The position numbers and the translations under genes are program-made. Below the pieces are notes generated by a model. It did not search any database. It worked only from the letters and a program-made list of their open reading frames with translations, and had not been told where the DNA came from. From the NCBI GenBank assembly GCA_016930375.1, contig JAFGGU010000096.1:3981-67980 (forward strand): a stretch of 64,000 bases of DNA. The letters are read 5' to 3'. The DNA comes from Bacteroidales bacterium (GTDB lineage: Bacteria; Bacteroidota; Bacteroidia; Bacteroidales; UBA10428). Positions 25,411 through 35,935 of the stretch are shown here, in pieces (the first letter of the stretch is position 1; each line of letters begins with the position of its first letter).

Positions 25411-26268
25411 CTAGGTCAGCTTCTCCTTGAAAAACGCGATCGTCCTTTCCCAGGCGAGTTTGGCAGCCTGTTCATGGTACCGCTCAGATCCCGTGTCATT
25501 GTTGAAACCGTGTTTTGCACCCTCGTATACGAAAATCTTGTATTCGATGCCTGCTTTTTTCAGAGCCTCTTCAAAGGCCGGTATCCCTTCGTTGATCCTT
25601 GCGTCATCACCCGCATAGTGTGCCATTAACGGGGCTTTGATTTTGGGAACATCCTCAGGTACCGGTGTACGGCCATAATAGGGAACGGCAGCATCGAGAG
25701 CCGGACAATTTACGGCAACCTGATTGGTCAAGGCCCCTCCCCAGCAGAAGCCGGTACAACCCACTTTGCCGGTCGACAAAGGATGGGTTTCCAGGTATTT
25801 AACAGCAGCAACATAATTCTTTGTCGTTTTTTCCCCATCCAGTTCGCGAATAAGGGTCGCGGCCTGGCTGCTTTCGGCCGGAGTTCCTCCTGCTTGCGAT
25901 AAGGCGTCAGGTGCAATGGCCAGGAATCCTTCCCTGGCAAAGCGCCGGGTTACATCCTGTATGTGCGCATTCAGGCCAAAGATTTCGTGTATGACAATTA
26001 CAGCCGGATATTTTTCCTTCTTTTCAGGCCGTGCCAGGTAGGCTTTCATTTCACCCGTTTCACCGGGATAGGTGATGAATTCGGCAACCAAACCGGTTTC
26101 ATCCTCCGGAGAATTGTTGGCCAGGGTACCACGGTCATCGAGGAGCGGCAGCAGGGCAGCGGCAGCAGCAGTGCTGCCTGCGTAAAGGGTGAGTTTTCTT
26201 AGAAAATCACGGCGGTTGATGCCTCCGCGCTTGTAATCCTGGAAAAGGGAGTTGATTTTTGGATTCAT
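25411..26268 (-). CDS. Dienelactone hydrolase-family protein with Tat-type signal
   Basis: It has the RRDFLRKLTLYAGSTAAAAA signal and a DLH-like core (VIVIHEIFGLN, GCTGFCWGG nucleophile elbow). Confidence 0.8.
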   Translation of the reverse strand: MNPKINSLFQDYKRGGINRRDFLRKLTLYAGSTAAAAALLPLLDDRGTLANNSPEDETGLVAEFITYPGETGEMKAYLARPEKKEKYPAVIVIHEIFGLNAHIQDVTRRFAREGFLAIAPDALSQAGGTPAESSQAATLIRELDGEKTTKNYVAAVKYLETHPLSTGKVGCTGFCWGGALTNQVAVNCPALDAAVPYYGRTPVPEDVPKIKAPLMAHYAGDDARINEGIPAFEEALKKAGIEYKIFVYEGAKHGFNNDTGSERYHEQAAKLAWERTIAFFKEKLT

Positions 26269-26327
26269 AGTGGTTTGCTATTTAGTTAATCAATACAAAT
26301 TCATGATTCCATGCTGGTTGTCCGAAT

Positions 26328-28604
26328 TCACTCCATCCTTCCCCCCGCCGGACAATGCTCATTCAGATAACTGGTGAGCAGGGTATAGAGATGCCTCCGG
26401 GTATTTTTCCCTTCGTAAATTCCATGAGATCGGTTGGGATAGGCCATCATGGTGAACGATTTGTTGTGCTTGATCAGTTCATTGATAAGCAGCTCGGCGT
26501 TCTGGTAATGCACATTGTCATCGCCGGTTCCATGCACGATCAGCAAATTGCCCCGGAGACCCGTTGCAAAGTTCTTCGCAGAGCATTCAATATACGCTGC
26601 CTCATTTTCCGCGGGAAGACCCATGTACCTTTCGGTATAAATATTGTCATAGGTGAGCTGATCCGATACTGCTGCTACCGCCATCCCGGTCTGGTAAATT
26701 TCAGGGTACCTGAACAGCAGGTTGAGCGTCATGCTTCCGCCTCCGCTCCAGCCCCATACCGCAATCCTGGAGCTGTCAACAAAGTTCCACTTCAAAATTT
26801 CGCGTGTTGCCATCGCCTGGTCCCTTGTATTGATAACGCCTGTCTTTCGGTAAATGCATTTTCTCCAGTTGCTGCCTTTCAGGCAAGGGGTGCCCCTGTT
26901 ATCCATGGCTATAACAATGTACCCCTGCTGGGCCAGCATGATGGTCCATAAGTCAGGCCAGTTATCTGTGGCCTCCTGACCTGCAGGCTCACCATAGACA
27001 TCAAATAATACCGGGTATTTTTTCAGCGGGTCAAAGTTGATCGGTTTGGTTATTCTGCCATCCATTTCAACCCCGTCGACGGTGGTGATTTTGAAAAATT
27101 CAGTAACGGGCCATTGCAGTTTGCTGATCTTCTTTTTGTAGGCAGCATTATCCACAAGAACTTTAATGGTTTTATGATCGGGAAGGCTGACCAGACTTAC
27201 CTCAGGCACATCGTTGACGCTGGAATGCCGGTATATTGAATATTGGCCTCCGGGACTTATATTATACCGGTTCAGCCCAGAGACGCCTGCAGGTGTAATT
27301 CTTGTGGTGTCACCCTTCCCTGCAAGTGAAACACGATACAGGTAACGTTGCGTACTGTTCAGGGGTGAAGCGCTGAAATAAGCAAATTTGTCATTGGCAA
27401 TATAATAGCGGGCAACATCATAATTTCCCGGGGTCAGGTCGGTCACCTGACCTGTAGTCAAATTAATCCGGATCAGGTGCCTCCATCCGTTTGTTTCTGA
27501 CATTTTCAGAACCGACTGTCCCTTTTCGGTGATGATCAGATCCTCCATTTCCCAGCTATCGGATGAAACATCAGGATAGGATATTTCCACCCAGGTATCT
27601 TCAGCTTCCTCATATACCTTAGCCAGTTTTCCGGTAACAAGCGAGTAGGTGTAAAACTTCAGGTTGTTCTGCCGGCGGTTGATCTGTTGAATCAACAAAG
27701 TATTGTCATTGATCCATTGCATGCGGGGAATGTAGTTTTCGACTGCATCACCGGGAACAGGAATCCAGCTGATTTTTTTGTCGGAAGTATTAATAATGCC
27801 TACTTTACAGGATGAAGGTGGCTGTCCGACCTTGGGATACTGTATGGGCAAAACTTTGGAATATATGGAGTCGGTGTTGTTTATCATGTAAAAAGTGCCA
27901 ATGGATGAGGCATCCAGCTGCCAAAAGGCGATGTGCCCTCCGGTACTGTTCCACCGGAAACCATCCCTGCATCCAAACTCCTCTTCATAAACCCAGTCAA
28001 AAGTACCGTTGATGATGTCTCCGGTTCCGTCAAAGGTGAGTTGTTTGACAGTCCCGTCAGAGAAATTCTCGATGTAAATGTTGAAATTGTGTACATAGGC
28101 TACGTACCGGTTGTCATTGGAAAACTTGGCAAACATCAGCGATGATGATTGAAATTGCGTACCCAGCCTGCTGAGTTTTTGGGTGGTCAGATCATATACC
28201 CAGAAATCGCCTTTGGTGTTGCTTCGCCATACCCTGCTGCTGTTGGTCATTATCAAAACCTTTGATTCATCGGGCGACAGGGTGAATTGTTCAATATTGA
28301 TCGGGTTGCTTTGGCCGGAAGGGATCAGTTTGTCAGCCGGAAGAAATGCAGTACGCTTTTGTGAGCCGGCTTCAATTCTCACCAGATCATCCTGACCGGT
28401 GTTTTTCAAGGAAGGTTCACTGGTGATGTATGCGTCACCTCCCTTGAGCCAGTGTATGCCGCGAGTGCTTTGCTGCCTGAATTCCATGGAGCCGAAAACC
28501 CGGTCCACGCTGAGGAGGGAGGAATCGGCGGGAGTCTGGGAAATTAAGGGAAGTGCAAAACAAATGATTGCAGCTTGAATAAGAAGTGCTTTACGTGAAT
28601 TCAT
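26328..28604 (-). CDS. Dipeptidyl-peptidase IV (S9B prolyl oligopeptidase family)
   Basis: 758 aa with a signal peptide, an N-terminal beta-propeller region and a C-terminal alpha/beta hydrolase carrying WGWSGGGSM (Ser nucleophile) and GTGDDNVH. Confidence 0.85.
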   Translation of the reverse strand: MNSRKALLIQAAIICFALPLISQTPADSSLLSVDRVFGSMEFRQQSTRGIHWLKGGDAYITSEPSLKNTGQDDLVRIEAGSQKRTAFLPADKLIPSGQSNPINIEQFTLSPDESKVLIMTNSSRVWRSNTKGDFWVYDLTTQKLSRLGTQFQSSSLMFAKFSNDNRYVAYVHNFNIYIENFSDGTVKQLTFDGTGDIINGTFDWVYEEEFGCRDGFRWNSTGGHIAFWQLDASSIGTFYMINNTDSIYSKVLPIQYPKVGQPPSSCKVGIINTSDKKISWIPVPGDAVENYIPRMQWINDNTLLIQQINRRQNNLKFYTYSLVTGKLAKVYEEAEDTWVEISYPDVSSDSWEMEDLIITEKGQSVLKMSETNGWRHLIRINLTTGQVTDLTPGNYDVARYYIANDKFAYFSASPLNSTQRYLYRVSLAGKGDTTRITPAGVSGLNRYNISPGGQYSIYRHSSVNDVPEVSLVSLPDHKTIKVLVDNAAYKKKISKLQWPVTEFFKITTVDGVEMDGRITKPINFDPLKKYPVLFDVYGEPAGQEATDNWPDLWTIMLAQQGYIVIAMDNRGTPCLKGSNWRKCIYRKTGVINTRDQAMATREILKWNFVDSSRIAVWGWSGGGSMTLNLLFRYPEIYQTGMAVAAVSDQLTYDNIYTERYMGLPAENEAAYIECSAKNFATGLRGNLLIVHGTGDDNVHYQNAELLINELIKHNKSFTMMAYPNRSHGIYEGKNTRRHLYTLLTSYLNEHCPAGGRME

Positions 28605-28630
28605 AGTATCAATATATTTTGATTATTTGT

Positions 28631-28690
28631 TACTCTTTACTCTTTACTTTTCACTTTTCACTCTTCACTCATCACTCATCACTCATCACT
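28631..28690 (-). repeat. 7-nt-period tandem array (8.5 units, TACTCTT drifting to CACTCAT on the plus strand)
   Basis: Read directly: TACTCTT x2, TACTTTT, CACTTTT, CACTCTT, CACTCAT x3, CACT. The array overlaps the stop codon of the permease gene and lies 26 nt upstream of the DPP-IV start. Confidence 0.9.
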
Positions 28691-29942
28691 AAAATGTACT
28701 GTTAATCGCCTTCACCGGATCCAGCCTTGCCGCCGAAAGCGCCGGCAGCAGTCCCGCTATCAGTCCTACTGTTGAACTGATAATTAATCCAACGATAATG
28801 TTTCCGGTACTCAAAAACAGGTTAAAGTCCTGTGCCTTTGCAATTAAAGTACCGATATAGATCAGCAGCAATCCCAGGATGCCGCCTATCAGGGAAAGCA
28901 ATACGGACTCATTGAGAACCTCCAGGATGATATAGTAACTTTTAGCACCGAGTGCTTTTTGTATACCAATAATGTTGGTTCTTTCCTTGACCGATACGAA
29001 CATGATATTGGCAATTCCGAAAGCGCCAACAAGCACAGCGAATATTCCGATAAATCCTCCCGCCACATTTACCACTTTAAATATCTGATCGATACCGGCG
29101 CTCATCAGGCTGGTTTCATTCAGCGCAAAGTTATCTTTGACCCTGGGATTCAACCTGCGCAGCGACCTCATGATGAGGCGTATACTTTGTTTCATTTCAT
29201 CAACGCTAACTCCTTCGGCAGTTTTCGCCCAAATCTGCGGATTGCTGCTCTCGCTTTTCAAATCGATCATAGAGGCCATAAACTGCACGGGTATAAGAAT
29301 TACCTGGTCCACGCTGCCTCCTCCGATCAAAGATTTCCCCTCTTTGGCAAAAACGCCGACTACAGTAATGCTTTTGCCCTTGATCCGGATACGCTTGCCC
29401 AGCGGACTCTGTCCCTGGAATAATTCATCGGCCAGTGTATAACCAATGATGCAGTTGTTTTTACCGGAATTGATTTCCAGAGTGGAAAGAAAGCGTCCCT
29501 GGGCGATATCAAAGGAACGGATTTCTTCAAATTCGCTGGATGTGCCCCAGAGTTGAAAACCCTCTGCCTTGTTATCGAGGTATTCAACATCTGTTTGTAT
29601 GATCGAGATAAAACAGGCGGCTTTAATATCATCCGTGCGGCTTTTCAGGCTTTCATATTCTTTGAGCGCAGGAACCGGCCGGTTCATATATTCCCACCAG
29701 GCATACTCGGTCCCGTCTTCAGGAGCCCAGGGATACTTATCAATTACGACTATGTCATTGCCAAAGGACTCCACCGATTTTCTCATATTGGCTTCCATCG
29801 AATCAAAAACCGTAAAAACCGATATGATGGAAAAAATACCAATAGTAACGCCAAGCAGCGACAGCAGCGTGCGAAGTTTGTTGAGAATCACCGTGCGGTA
29901 AGCCGACTGAAAACTTTCATGCATTATATAATACCATCGCAT
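28689..29942 (-). CDS. ABC transporter permease, FtsX/MacB-like
   Basis: 417 aa with an N-terminal TM, a large periplasmic domain and a C-terminal FtsX-type TM bundle (IGIQKALGAK...). Confidence 0.8.
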   Translation of the reverse strand: MRWYYIMHESFQSAYRTVILNKLRTLLSLLGVTIGIFSIISVFTVFDSMEANMRKSVESFGNDIVVIDKYPWAPEDGTEYAWWEYMNRPVPALKEYESLKSRTDDIKAACFISIIQTDVEYLDNKAEGFQLWGTSSEFEEIRSFDIAQGRFLSTLEINSGKNNCIIGYTLADELFQGQSPLGKRIRIKGKSITVVGVFAKEGKSLIGGGSVDQVILIPVQFMASMIDLKSESSNPQIWAKTAEGVSVDEMKQSIRLIMRSLRRLNPRVKDNFALNETSLMSAGIDQIFKVVNVAGGFIGIFAVLVGAFGIANIMFVSVKERTNIIGIQKALGAKSYYIILEVLNESVLLSLIGGILGLLLIYIGTLIAKAQDFNLFLSTGNIIVGLIISSTVGLIAGLLPALSAARLDPVKAINSTF

Positions 29943-30090
29943 GCGGGGAAAATTAACTCCAACAAAGATAAGAAAGCGCTGCTATTTTTGTTAAAAATTT
30001 AATATCTTGTAGCCGCACTGGAGGGGTTTCTTAAAGCCTTCATGTACAGCATCATTATAAGCATAACTGCAACCACTAACCACCTGAAAA

Positions 30091-31614
30091 ATGAACGATA
30101 AAAAAATCAAAACCGCGCTGATTTCAGTTTATTATAAAGATCATCTCGAAGAAATAGTCCGCAGGCTTAATGCACTGCAGGTGTCAATTCTTTCCACGGG
30201 AGGCACAAAGGAGTTCATCGAAAGATTAGGTATTCCGGTAACTGCTGTGGAGACACTGACGGGTTATCCTTCCATCCTGGGCGGCAGGGTAAAAACCCTT
30301 CATCCCAAGGTGTTTGGAGGCATACTGAGTCGAACGGGCCATGATTCGGATAAAAAGGAGATGAAAGAATATGCTATAGAATCCATTGATCTTGTTGTTG
30401 TGGATCTTTATCCCTTTGAACAAACAGTAGCATCGGGGGCTTCCCCGGATGAGATCATTGAAAAGATCGATATTGGCGGGATTTCCCTGATAAGAGCCGC
30501 TGCAAAGAATTACGAGGATGTCGTGATTATCCCTTCCAAAGACCAATACCAGGTATTGCTGGATGTGTTGAATACCCGGGAAGGAACAACCACGTTGGAT
30601 CAACGGCGAAATCTCGCCCTTGAGGCTTTCGGGGTGACATCCTATTATGATACAGCCATTTTTAACTATTTTAACCAGAACAGGGATAAACAGGTTTTCC
30701 GCCAAAGCATCAATGAGGCAAAACCTTTGCGATATGGCGAGAATCCTCATCAAAAGGGCACTTTCTACGGTGATTTCAGCCAGATCTTCGATCAACTGCA
30801 TGGCAAGGAAATATCGTACAACAACCTGCTCGATATAGAGGCCGCGGTCTACCTAATCGATGATTTCAAGGAAACCACCTTTGCCATCCTTAAACACAAC
30901 AATGCCTGCGGCATTGCCACACGTCCAGGCCTTTTGGCCGCATGGACGGATGCTTTGGCAGGGGACCCTGTTTCAGCATACGGAGGCATACTGATTACCA
31001 ATACTGTTATTGATGAAAGCACTGCTGTTGAGGCCGATAAGCTGTTTTTTGAAGTGATCATTGCACCTGCCTTCGCAGATGCTTCCCTGGAGGTGCTTAC
31101 AAAGAAAAAAAACCGGATCATCCTGGTACGGAAAAGTGTGAATTTGCCACGGGTTCAGTTCAGGAGCATGCTGAACGGAGTCATTGAACAGGACCGGGAT
31201 GTCAAGATTGAATCCAGGTCTGATATGAAACCGGTTACCCATGTCGTCCCAACTGACGCGGAATACGAAGACCTGGTTTTTGCCAACAAGGTTGTCAAAC
31301 ACTCCAAATCCAATACGATTGTTCTTGCCAAAAACAAACAATTAATTGCCAGTGGCGTTGGCCAAACCAGTCGGGTTGATGCCCTGAAACAGGCCATAAT
31401 AAAAGCGCGTAACTTCGGATTTGACACCCAAGGAGCTGTGATGGCATCCGATGCTTTTTTCCCTTTTCCCGACTGTGTTGAGATCGCCCATGAAGCAGGA
31501 ATAACAGCAGTTATACAACCGGGAGGATCAGTCAGGGATCAGGATTCTGTAGATTTCTGTGATAAGAATAGTATGTCCATGGTGTTTACCGGAATACGGC
31601 ATTTTAAACATTGA
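30091..31614 (+). CDS. purH: Bifunctional AICAR transformylase / IMP cyclohydrolase
   Basis: 507 aa with clear PurH similarity (ALISVYYK..., STGGT, GGILxxR, KHNNACG, VIQPGGSVRD). Confidence 0.95.
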   Translation: MNDKKIKTALISVYYKDHLEEIVRRLNALQVSILSTGGTKEFIERLGIPVTAVETLTGYPSILGGRVKTLHPKVFGGILSRTGHDSDKKEMKEYAIESIDLVVVDLYPFEQTVASGASPDEIIEKIDIGGISLIRAAAKNYEDVVIIPSKDQYQVLLDVLNTREGTTTLDQRRNLALEAFGVTSYYDTAIFNYFNQNRDKQVFRQSINEAKPLRYGENPHQKGTFYGDFSQIFDQLHGKEISYNNLLDIEAAVYLIDDFKETTFAILKHNNACGIATRPGLLAAWTDALAGDPVSAYGGILITNTVIDESTAVEADKLFFEVIIAPAFADASLEVLTKKKNRIILVRKSVNLPRVQFRSMLNGVIEQDRDVKIESRSDMKPVTHVVPTDAEYEDLVFANKVVKHSKSNTIVLAKNKQLIASGVGQTSRVDALKQAIIKARNFGFDTQGAVMASDAFFPFPDCVEIAHEAGITAVIQPGGSVRDQDSVDFCDKNSMSMVFTGIRHFKH

Positions 31615-31717
31615 AATATCGTAACCTCCTGAACTTTTATGCGTTTATAAGATTACTTTTTCAAGTAATTGAATAGTCAATGTATTACCTTTACAAATTC
31701 TTTAGATAAAAATTTTT

Positions 31718-32743
31718 ATGGGTATTTTTTCTTTATTTACTCAGGAACTCGCAATTGATCTGGGAACTGCAAATACAATTATCATTGAAAATGATAAAAT
31801 CGTGGTGGATGAGCCCTCTATAGTTGCCATTGATCAGACTACCAAGAAACTTGTTGCCATTGGAGAGACAGCCCGGCAGATGCACGGTAAGACACATCAG
31901 AACATCCGTACTATCAGGCCTTTACGTGATGGCGTTATCGCTGATTTTAATGCGGCAGAACAGATGATCCGCGGGATGATTCGGATGATCAATACAAAGA
32001 ACCGTTTCTTCACGCCCTCGCTGAGGATGGTTGTCAGCATTCCTTCAGGCAGTACGGAGGTGGAGATCAGAGCGGTTCGCGATTCCTCGGAACATGCGGG
32101 CGGACGTGATGTATATATGGTTTATGAGCCCATGGCCGCTGCCATTGGAATCGGACTGGATGTAATAGCTCCTGAAGGAAATATGGTTGTGGATATCGGA
32201 GGTGGTACCACTGAGATTGCGGTAATTGCCCTGGGCGGCATTGTTTGCAATGAGTCGATCCGCATAGCCGGTGACGGTTTTACAGCGGATATCCAGGCAT
32301 ATATGCGACATCAGCACAATATCAAGGTTGGTGAACGCACTGCCGAGGACATTAAAATATTGGTTGGTGCTGCTTTGCCCGACATCGACAATCCTCCTGC
32401 TGATTATACGGTGAGGGGACCCAATATGATGACAGCGCTTCCGATCGAAATTCCGGTCTCTTACCAGGAAATTGCACATTGCCTTGATAAAGCCCTGACC
32501 AAGGTGGAATCGGCCGTATTATCAGTTCTTGAACAGACTCCCCCTGAATTGTATGCCGATATCGTTCAGAAAGGCATTTATCTGGCAGGTGGCGGAGGCT
32601 TATTGCGGGGGTTGGCAAAACGGCTCACGGATAAAATAAGCATCACTTTTCACGTTGCCGAAAATCCTCTTCATGCTGTAGCCCGAGGCACAGGTATTAT
32701 TCTGAAGAATATTGAAAAGTATCAATCACTGCTGATCAGATAA
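31718..32743 (+). CDS. mreB: Rod-shape-determining actin homologue MreB
   Basis: 341 aa with DLGTANT, VDIGGGTTE, GIYLAGGGGLLRG. Confidence 0.95.
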   Translation: MGIFSLFTQELAIDLGTANTIIIENDKIVVDEPSIVAIDQTTKKLVAIGETARQMHGKTHQNIRTIRPLRDGVIADFNAAEQMIRGMIRMINTKNRFFTPSLRMVVSIPSGSTEVEIRAVRDSSEHAGGRDVYMVYEPMAAAIGIGLDVIAPEGNMVVDIGGGTTEIAVIALGGIVCNESIRIAGDGFTADIQAYMRHQHNIKVGERTAEDIKILVGAALPDIDNPPADYTVRGPNMMTALPIEIPVSYQEIAHCLDKALTKVESAVLSVLEQTPPELYADIVQKGIYLAGGGGLLRGLAKRLTDKISITFHVAENPLHAVARGTGIILKNIEKYQSLLIR

Positions 32744-32768
32744 TTTTCTGCAGCAAAGGTTTTTAAGG

Positions 32769-33593
32769 ATGAGAAATTTACTGCGGTTTATAATTCAGCA
32801 TCATTTCCTGATCCTGTTTCTTATTATTGAATCATTTTCTCTCTTTTTGCTATTCAATGCCAATCCTTATCACAGGGTAAGGTTTTACAGCTCATCACAC
32901 AAGGTCTCCGGAAGGATCTCCAATAAAATGGAGAACATCAAAGACTACTTTTCACTGTACAATGAAAACCAAAAACTTTCAGAAGAGAATGCCAGGTTGT
33001 ACAACCGGCTCAAGTCATCTTACAGACTGGTAGCTGCGGATACAATCTTTGAAGGAGATTCCCTGTCACAAAGAAAATTCATGTATCTGACAGCGCGTGT
33101 TATTAATAATACCGTGAACAAACAATACAATTACATTACCCTCGACAGGGGAAGTGCCGGTGGCATCGAACCTGAGATGGCCGTGATCAGCAGTGATGGT
33201 ATTGTGGGAATAGTTAAAACGGTTACCCCAAATTACGCCGCTGTGCTTTCGTTGCTGAACCGTGATTTCATTATCAGTGCCAAGATCAAAAAAAATGGCT
33301 ATTTTGGTCCTTTGAGCTGGAATGGCAATTCCACTGAATACGCCACTCTGGTGGATATACCTCACCATGTTCAGGTTAATGAGGGTGATACCATAGTAAC
33401 GAGCGGCTTTGGCGGGGTTTTTCCCGAAGGATTCATGATTGGCACCATTGATCATTTCAGGCTTAAAGGAGGAAATTATTATGAGATTACCGTGAATTTG
33501 TCAAGTGATTTCAGGAAACTCAGTTATGTTCAGGTGATCCGGAATTATGCCAGGCAGGAAATTGATTCCATTGAATATTCTGTAAACCAATGA
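32769..33593 (+). CDS. mreC: Rod-shape-determining protein MreC
   Basis: 274 aa with an N-terminal TM, a coiled coil (ENQKLSEENARLYNRL) and a beta-rich domain. It lies between mreB and mreD. Confidence 0.85.
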   Translation: MRNLLRFIIQHHFLILFLIIESFSLFLLFNANPYHRVRFYSSSHKVSGRISNKMENIKDYFSLYNENQKLSEENARLYNRLKSSYRLVAADTIFEGDSLSQRKFMYLTARVINNTVNKQYNYITLDRGSAGGIEPEMAVISSDGIVGIVKTVTPNYAAVLSLLNRDFIISAKIKKNGYFGPLSWNGNSTEYATLVDIPHHVQVNEGDTIVTSGFGGVFPEGFMIGTIDHFRLKGGNYYEITVNLSSDFRKLSYVQVIRNYARQEIDSIEYSVNQ

Positions 33594-34096
33594 TCAGGGA
33601 ACTCGGCAAATATCTGTTCCTATTTATTGTGCTGATCGCAGCGCAGTTACTGGTATTTAACAACATTGACTTTTCAGGCTATATCAATCCTTATGTCTAT
33701 GTTCTCTTCGTACTTTTATTGCCCTTCAAAACACCGAAACTGGTTATTCTGGTAAGTTCCTTTATGCTCGGACTTAGTATTGACCTGTTCATGGGTACCC
33801 CCGGGGTTCATTCCTCTGCCACTGTGCTGATGGCATTCAGCCGTCCCGGTATTATGGCCATGTACTCACCCCGCGAGGGATACCAGACCGGCACCTATCC
33901 GCGCCTGGAGCAATTTGGAATCGAGTGGTTTATTAAATATACGGTTACGCTTGTCTTGCTGCATCATTTTGCATTGTTCTATCTGGAAGTGTTTACCTTT
34001 CATCATTTTTTCAGCACGTTTTTAAGGGCATTGCTTAGTACCATATTATCATCATTGCTGATCATTTTCAGCCAGTTTTTTATTTTTCGCCGATAG
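33590..34096 (+). CDS. mreD: Rod-shape-determining protein MreD
   Basis: 168-aa polytopic protein that overlaps the mreC stop by 4 nt, in the conserved position. Confidence 0.75.
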   Translation: MIRELGKYLFLFIVLIAAQLLVFNNIDFSGYINPYVYVLFVLLLPFKTPKLVILVSSFMLGLSIDLFMGTPGVHSSATVLMAFSRPGIMAMYSPREGYQTGTYPRLEQFGIEWFIKYTVTLVLLHHFALFYLEVFTFHHFFSTFLRALLSTILSSLLIIFSQFFIFRR

Positions 34097-34099
34097 AGG

Positions 34100-35935
34100 A
34101 TGGATCAATATGCTAACCGCAGGAATATTTTAGTCGCAATCTTTTTGTTGACTGCACTGGTATTGTTGATTCGCCTGTTTTACATACAGGTGGTTGATTC
34201 CAGCTATAAACTTTCAGCCGAGAACAATTCCAAGCGTACCGAAATCCTCTACCCGGCCCGGGGCCTTATTTATGACAGGAACGGGGAGTTGCTGGTTTAC
34301 AATATGCCAGCTTATGACCTGATGATCGCTCCTTATGAGCTTAAACCTTTTGACAGTGCAGAGCTCTGCGAAATACTGGATATCACGATAGACAGGTTGA
34401 GAGCCGGCATTGCCCGATCCTACAATCCCAGGTATCGTCGCGAGCCCTTCATTAAACAGATATCTCCTGAAAACTATGCGGTTTTACAGGAAAGAATGTA
34501 CAAATTCCCCGGTTTCTATATGCGGACAAGAACACTTCGCAAGTACAGCAAGGAATTTGCATCACATTTGCTGGGATATGTAGGTGAGGTTGATGAGAAA
34601 ATGATAGCTTCCAATGCGGATTATCTTATGGGAGATTATATCGGGATCAGCGGGCTGGAGGGATATTATGAGAAAGTTCTGCGAGGGACGAAAGGTCAGG
34701 AAGTTTTGCTGGTGGACGTGCATGGCAGGGTCAAAGGGCCCTATCAGGATGGCCGGTTTGATGAGGATGCCATCGTGGGGAAAAACCTTGTCTGCACAAT
34801 TGATGCAAAGCTGCAGCAATACGGGGAAACCCTGATGAAAAATTACAGGGGCAGCATCGTTGCCATTGAACCCGCAACAGGTGAGATCCTGTCCATCATA
34901 TCAACACCGACTTATAATCCTTCATTGCTTGTAGGCAGGGCACGCAGCATGAATTATTCCAAACTTCAGCGTGATTCCCTCAGGAAACCTTTATTTAACC
35001 GTGCGCTTATGGCCAATTATCCGCCGGGTTCCACTTTTAAGCCAATACAGGCATTAATAGGATTACAGGAAGGCGTGATCAATGTGAATTCTTCTTTTTC
35101 CTGCAATGCCGGGTTCTATGCACGCGGTGTGAGTGTCGGTTGTCATGTGCACAGCAGTCCGCTGAACCTTCTCCATGGCATTGAGAATTCCTGTAATGCA
35201 TACTTCTGCAACGTTTACAAACGGATCATCGAAAATCCGAAATATGCCAATGCTGAAAAAGCATACAATGCATGGCGTGATCTTGTCCTTTCATTCGGCG
35301 TGGGGGACAGACTGAATGCTGACTTCACGAACGAGCTGAAAGGTTTTATAGCACCTTCGAGTTATTATGACCGCTATTATGGATCAAACCACTGGAATGC
35401 TTTAACTACCATATCGTTGGCAATCGGTCAGGGGGAAATACTGGTTACTCCGCTGCAGATGGCCAACTGGACCGCCGCCATTGCCAACAGGGGTTTTTAC
35501 ATTATTCCGCATGTGGTAAAGCAGATCGAGGGGATTGACACCCTCGAACGCCGCTTTTATGATAAACACATGATCAATATCGACACGGCGAATTTCGGAC
35601 TGGTCATAAAAGGTATGGAACTTGCGGTAAACGGGGGCCCGGGAAGAACAGCAGGGAGCGCCCAGCTTCAAAACATCATCGTGTGTGGTAAGACCGGCAC
35701 TGCAGAGAATCCACACGGGAAAGATCACTCTGTATTTATTGCCTTTGCCCCCAAAGACAATCCGAAAATCGCTATTTCGGTGTATGTGGAGCACGGTGAA
35801 TGGGGAGCACGATGGGCTGCGCCCATTGCCAGCCTGATGATCGAAAAATACCTCACCGATTCCATTTCCCCGGGGAGAAAGTGGGTGGAAGCAAGAATCC
35901 TAAATGGCAATCTCTTGGACAGCTATGATCGATAA
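34100..35935 (+). CDS. mrdA: Penicillin-binding protein 2 (elongasome transpeptidase)
   Basis: 611 aa with an N-terminal TM and motifs STFKP (SxxK), SCN (SxN) and KTGT. Confidence 0.9.
   Translation: MDQYANRRNILVAIFLLTALVLLIRLFYIQVVDSSYKLSAENNSKRTEILYPARGLIYDRNGELLVYNMPAYDLMIAPYELKPFDSAELCEILDITIDRLRAGIARSYNPRYRREPFIKQISPENYAVLQERMYKFPGFYMRTRTLRKYSKEFASHLLGYVGEVDEKMIASNADYLMGDYIGISGLEGYYEKVLRGTKGQEVLLVDVHGRVKGPYQDGRFDEDAIVGKNLVCTIDAKLQQYGETLMKNYRGSIVAIEPATGEILSIISTPTYNPSLLVGRARSMNYSKLQRDSLRKPLFNRALMANYPPGSTFKPIQALIGLQEGVINVNSSFSCNAGFYARGVSVGCHVHSSPLNLLHGIENSCNAYFCNVYKRIIENPKYANAEKAYNAWRDLVLSFGVGDRLNADFTNELKGFIAPSSYYDRYYGSNHWNALTTISLAIGQGEILVTPLQMANWTAAIANRGFYIIPHVVKQIEGIDTLERRFYDKHMINIDTANFGLVIKGMELAVNGGPGRTAGSAQLQNIIVCGKTGTAENPHGKDHSVFIAFAPKDNPKIAISVYVEHGEWGARWAAPIASLMIEKYLTDSISPGRKWVEARILNGNLLDSYDR

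Noticed and set aside
30226-30801. 191-aa minus-strand ORF. The same consideration applies to 26355-26951, 44627-45091, 45182-45727, 60498-61025, 38150-38536, 32045-32479 and 28959-29423.
   Set aside because: All are embedded antisense or out of frame inside strongly supported conserved genes (purH, DPP-IV, adk/obg, the GAF protein, pgi, mreB, the permease). No independent motifs are present.
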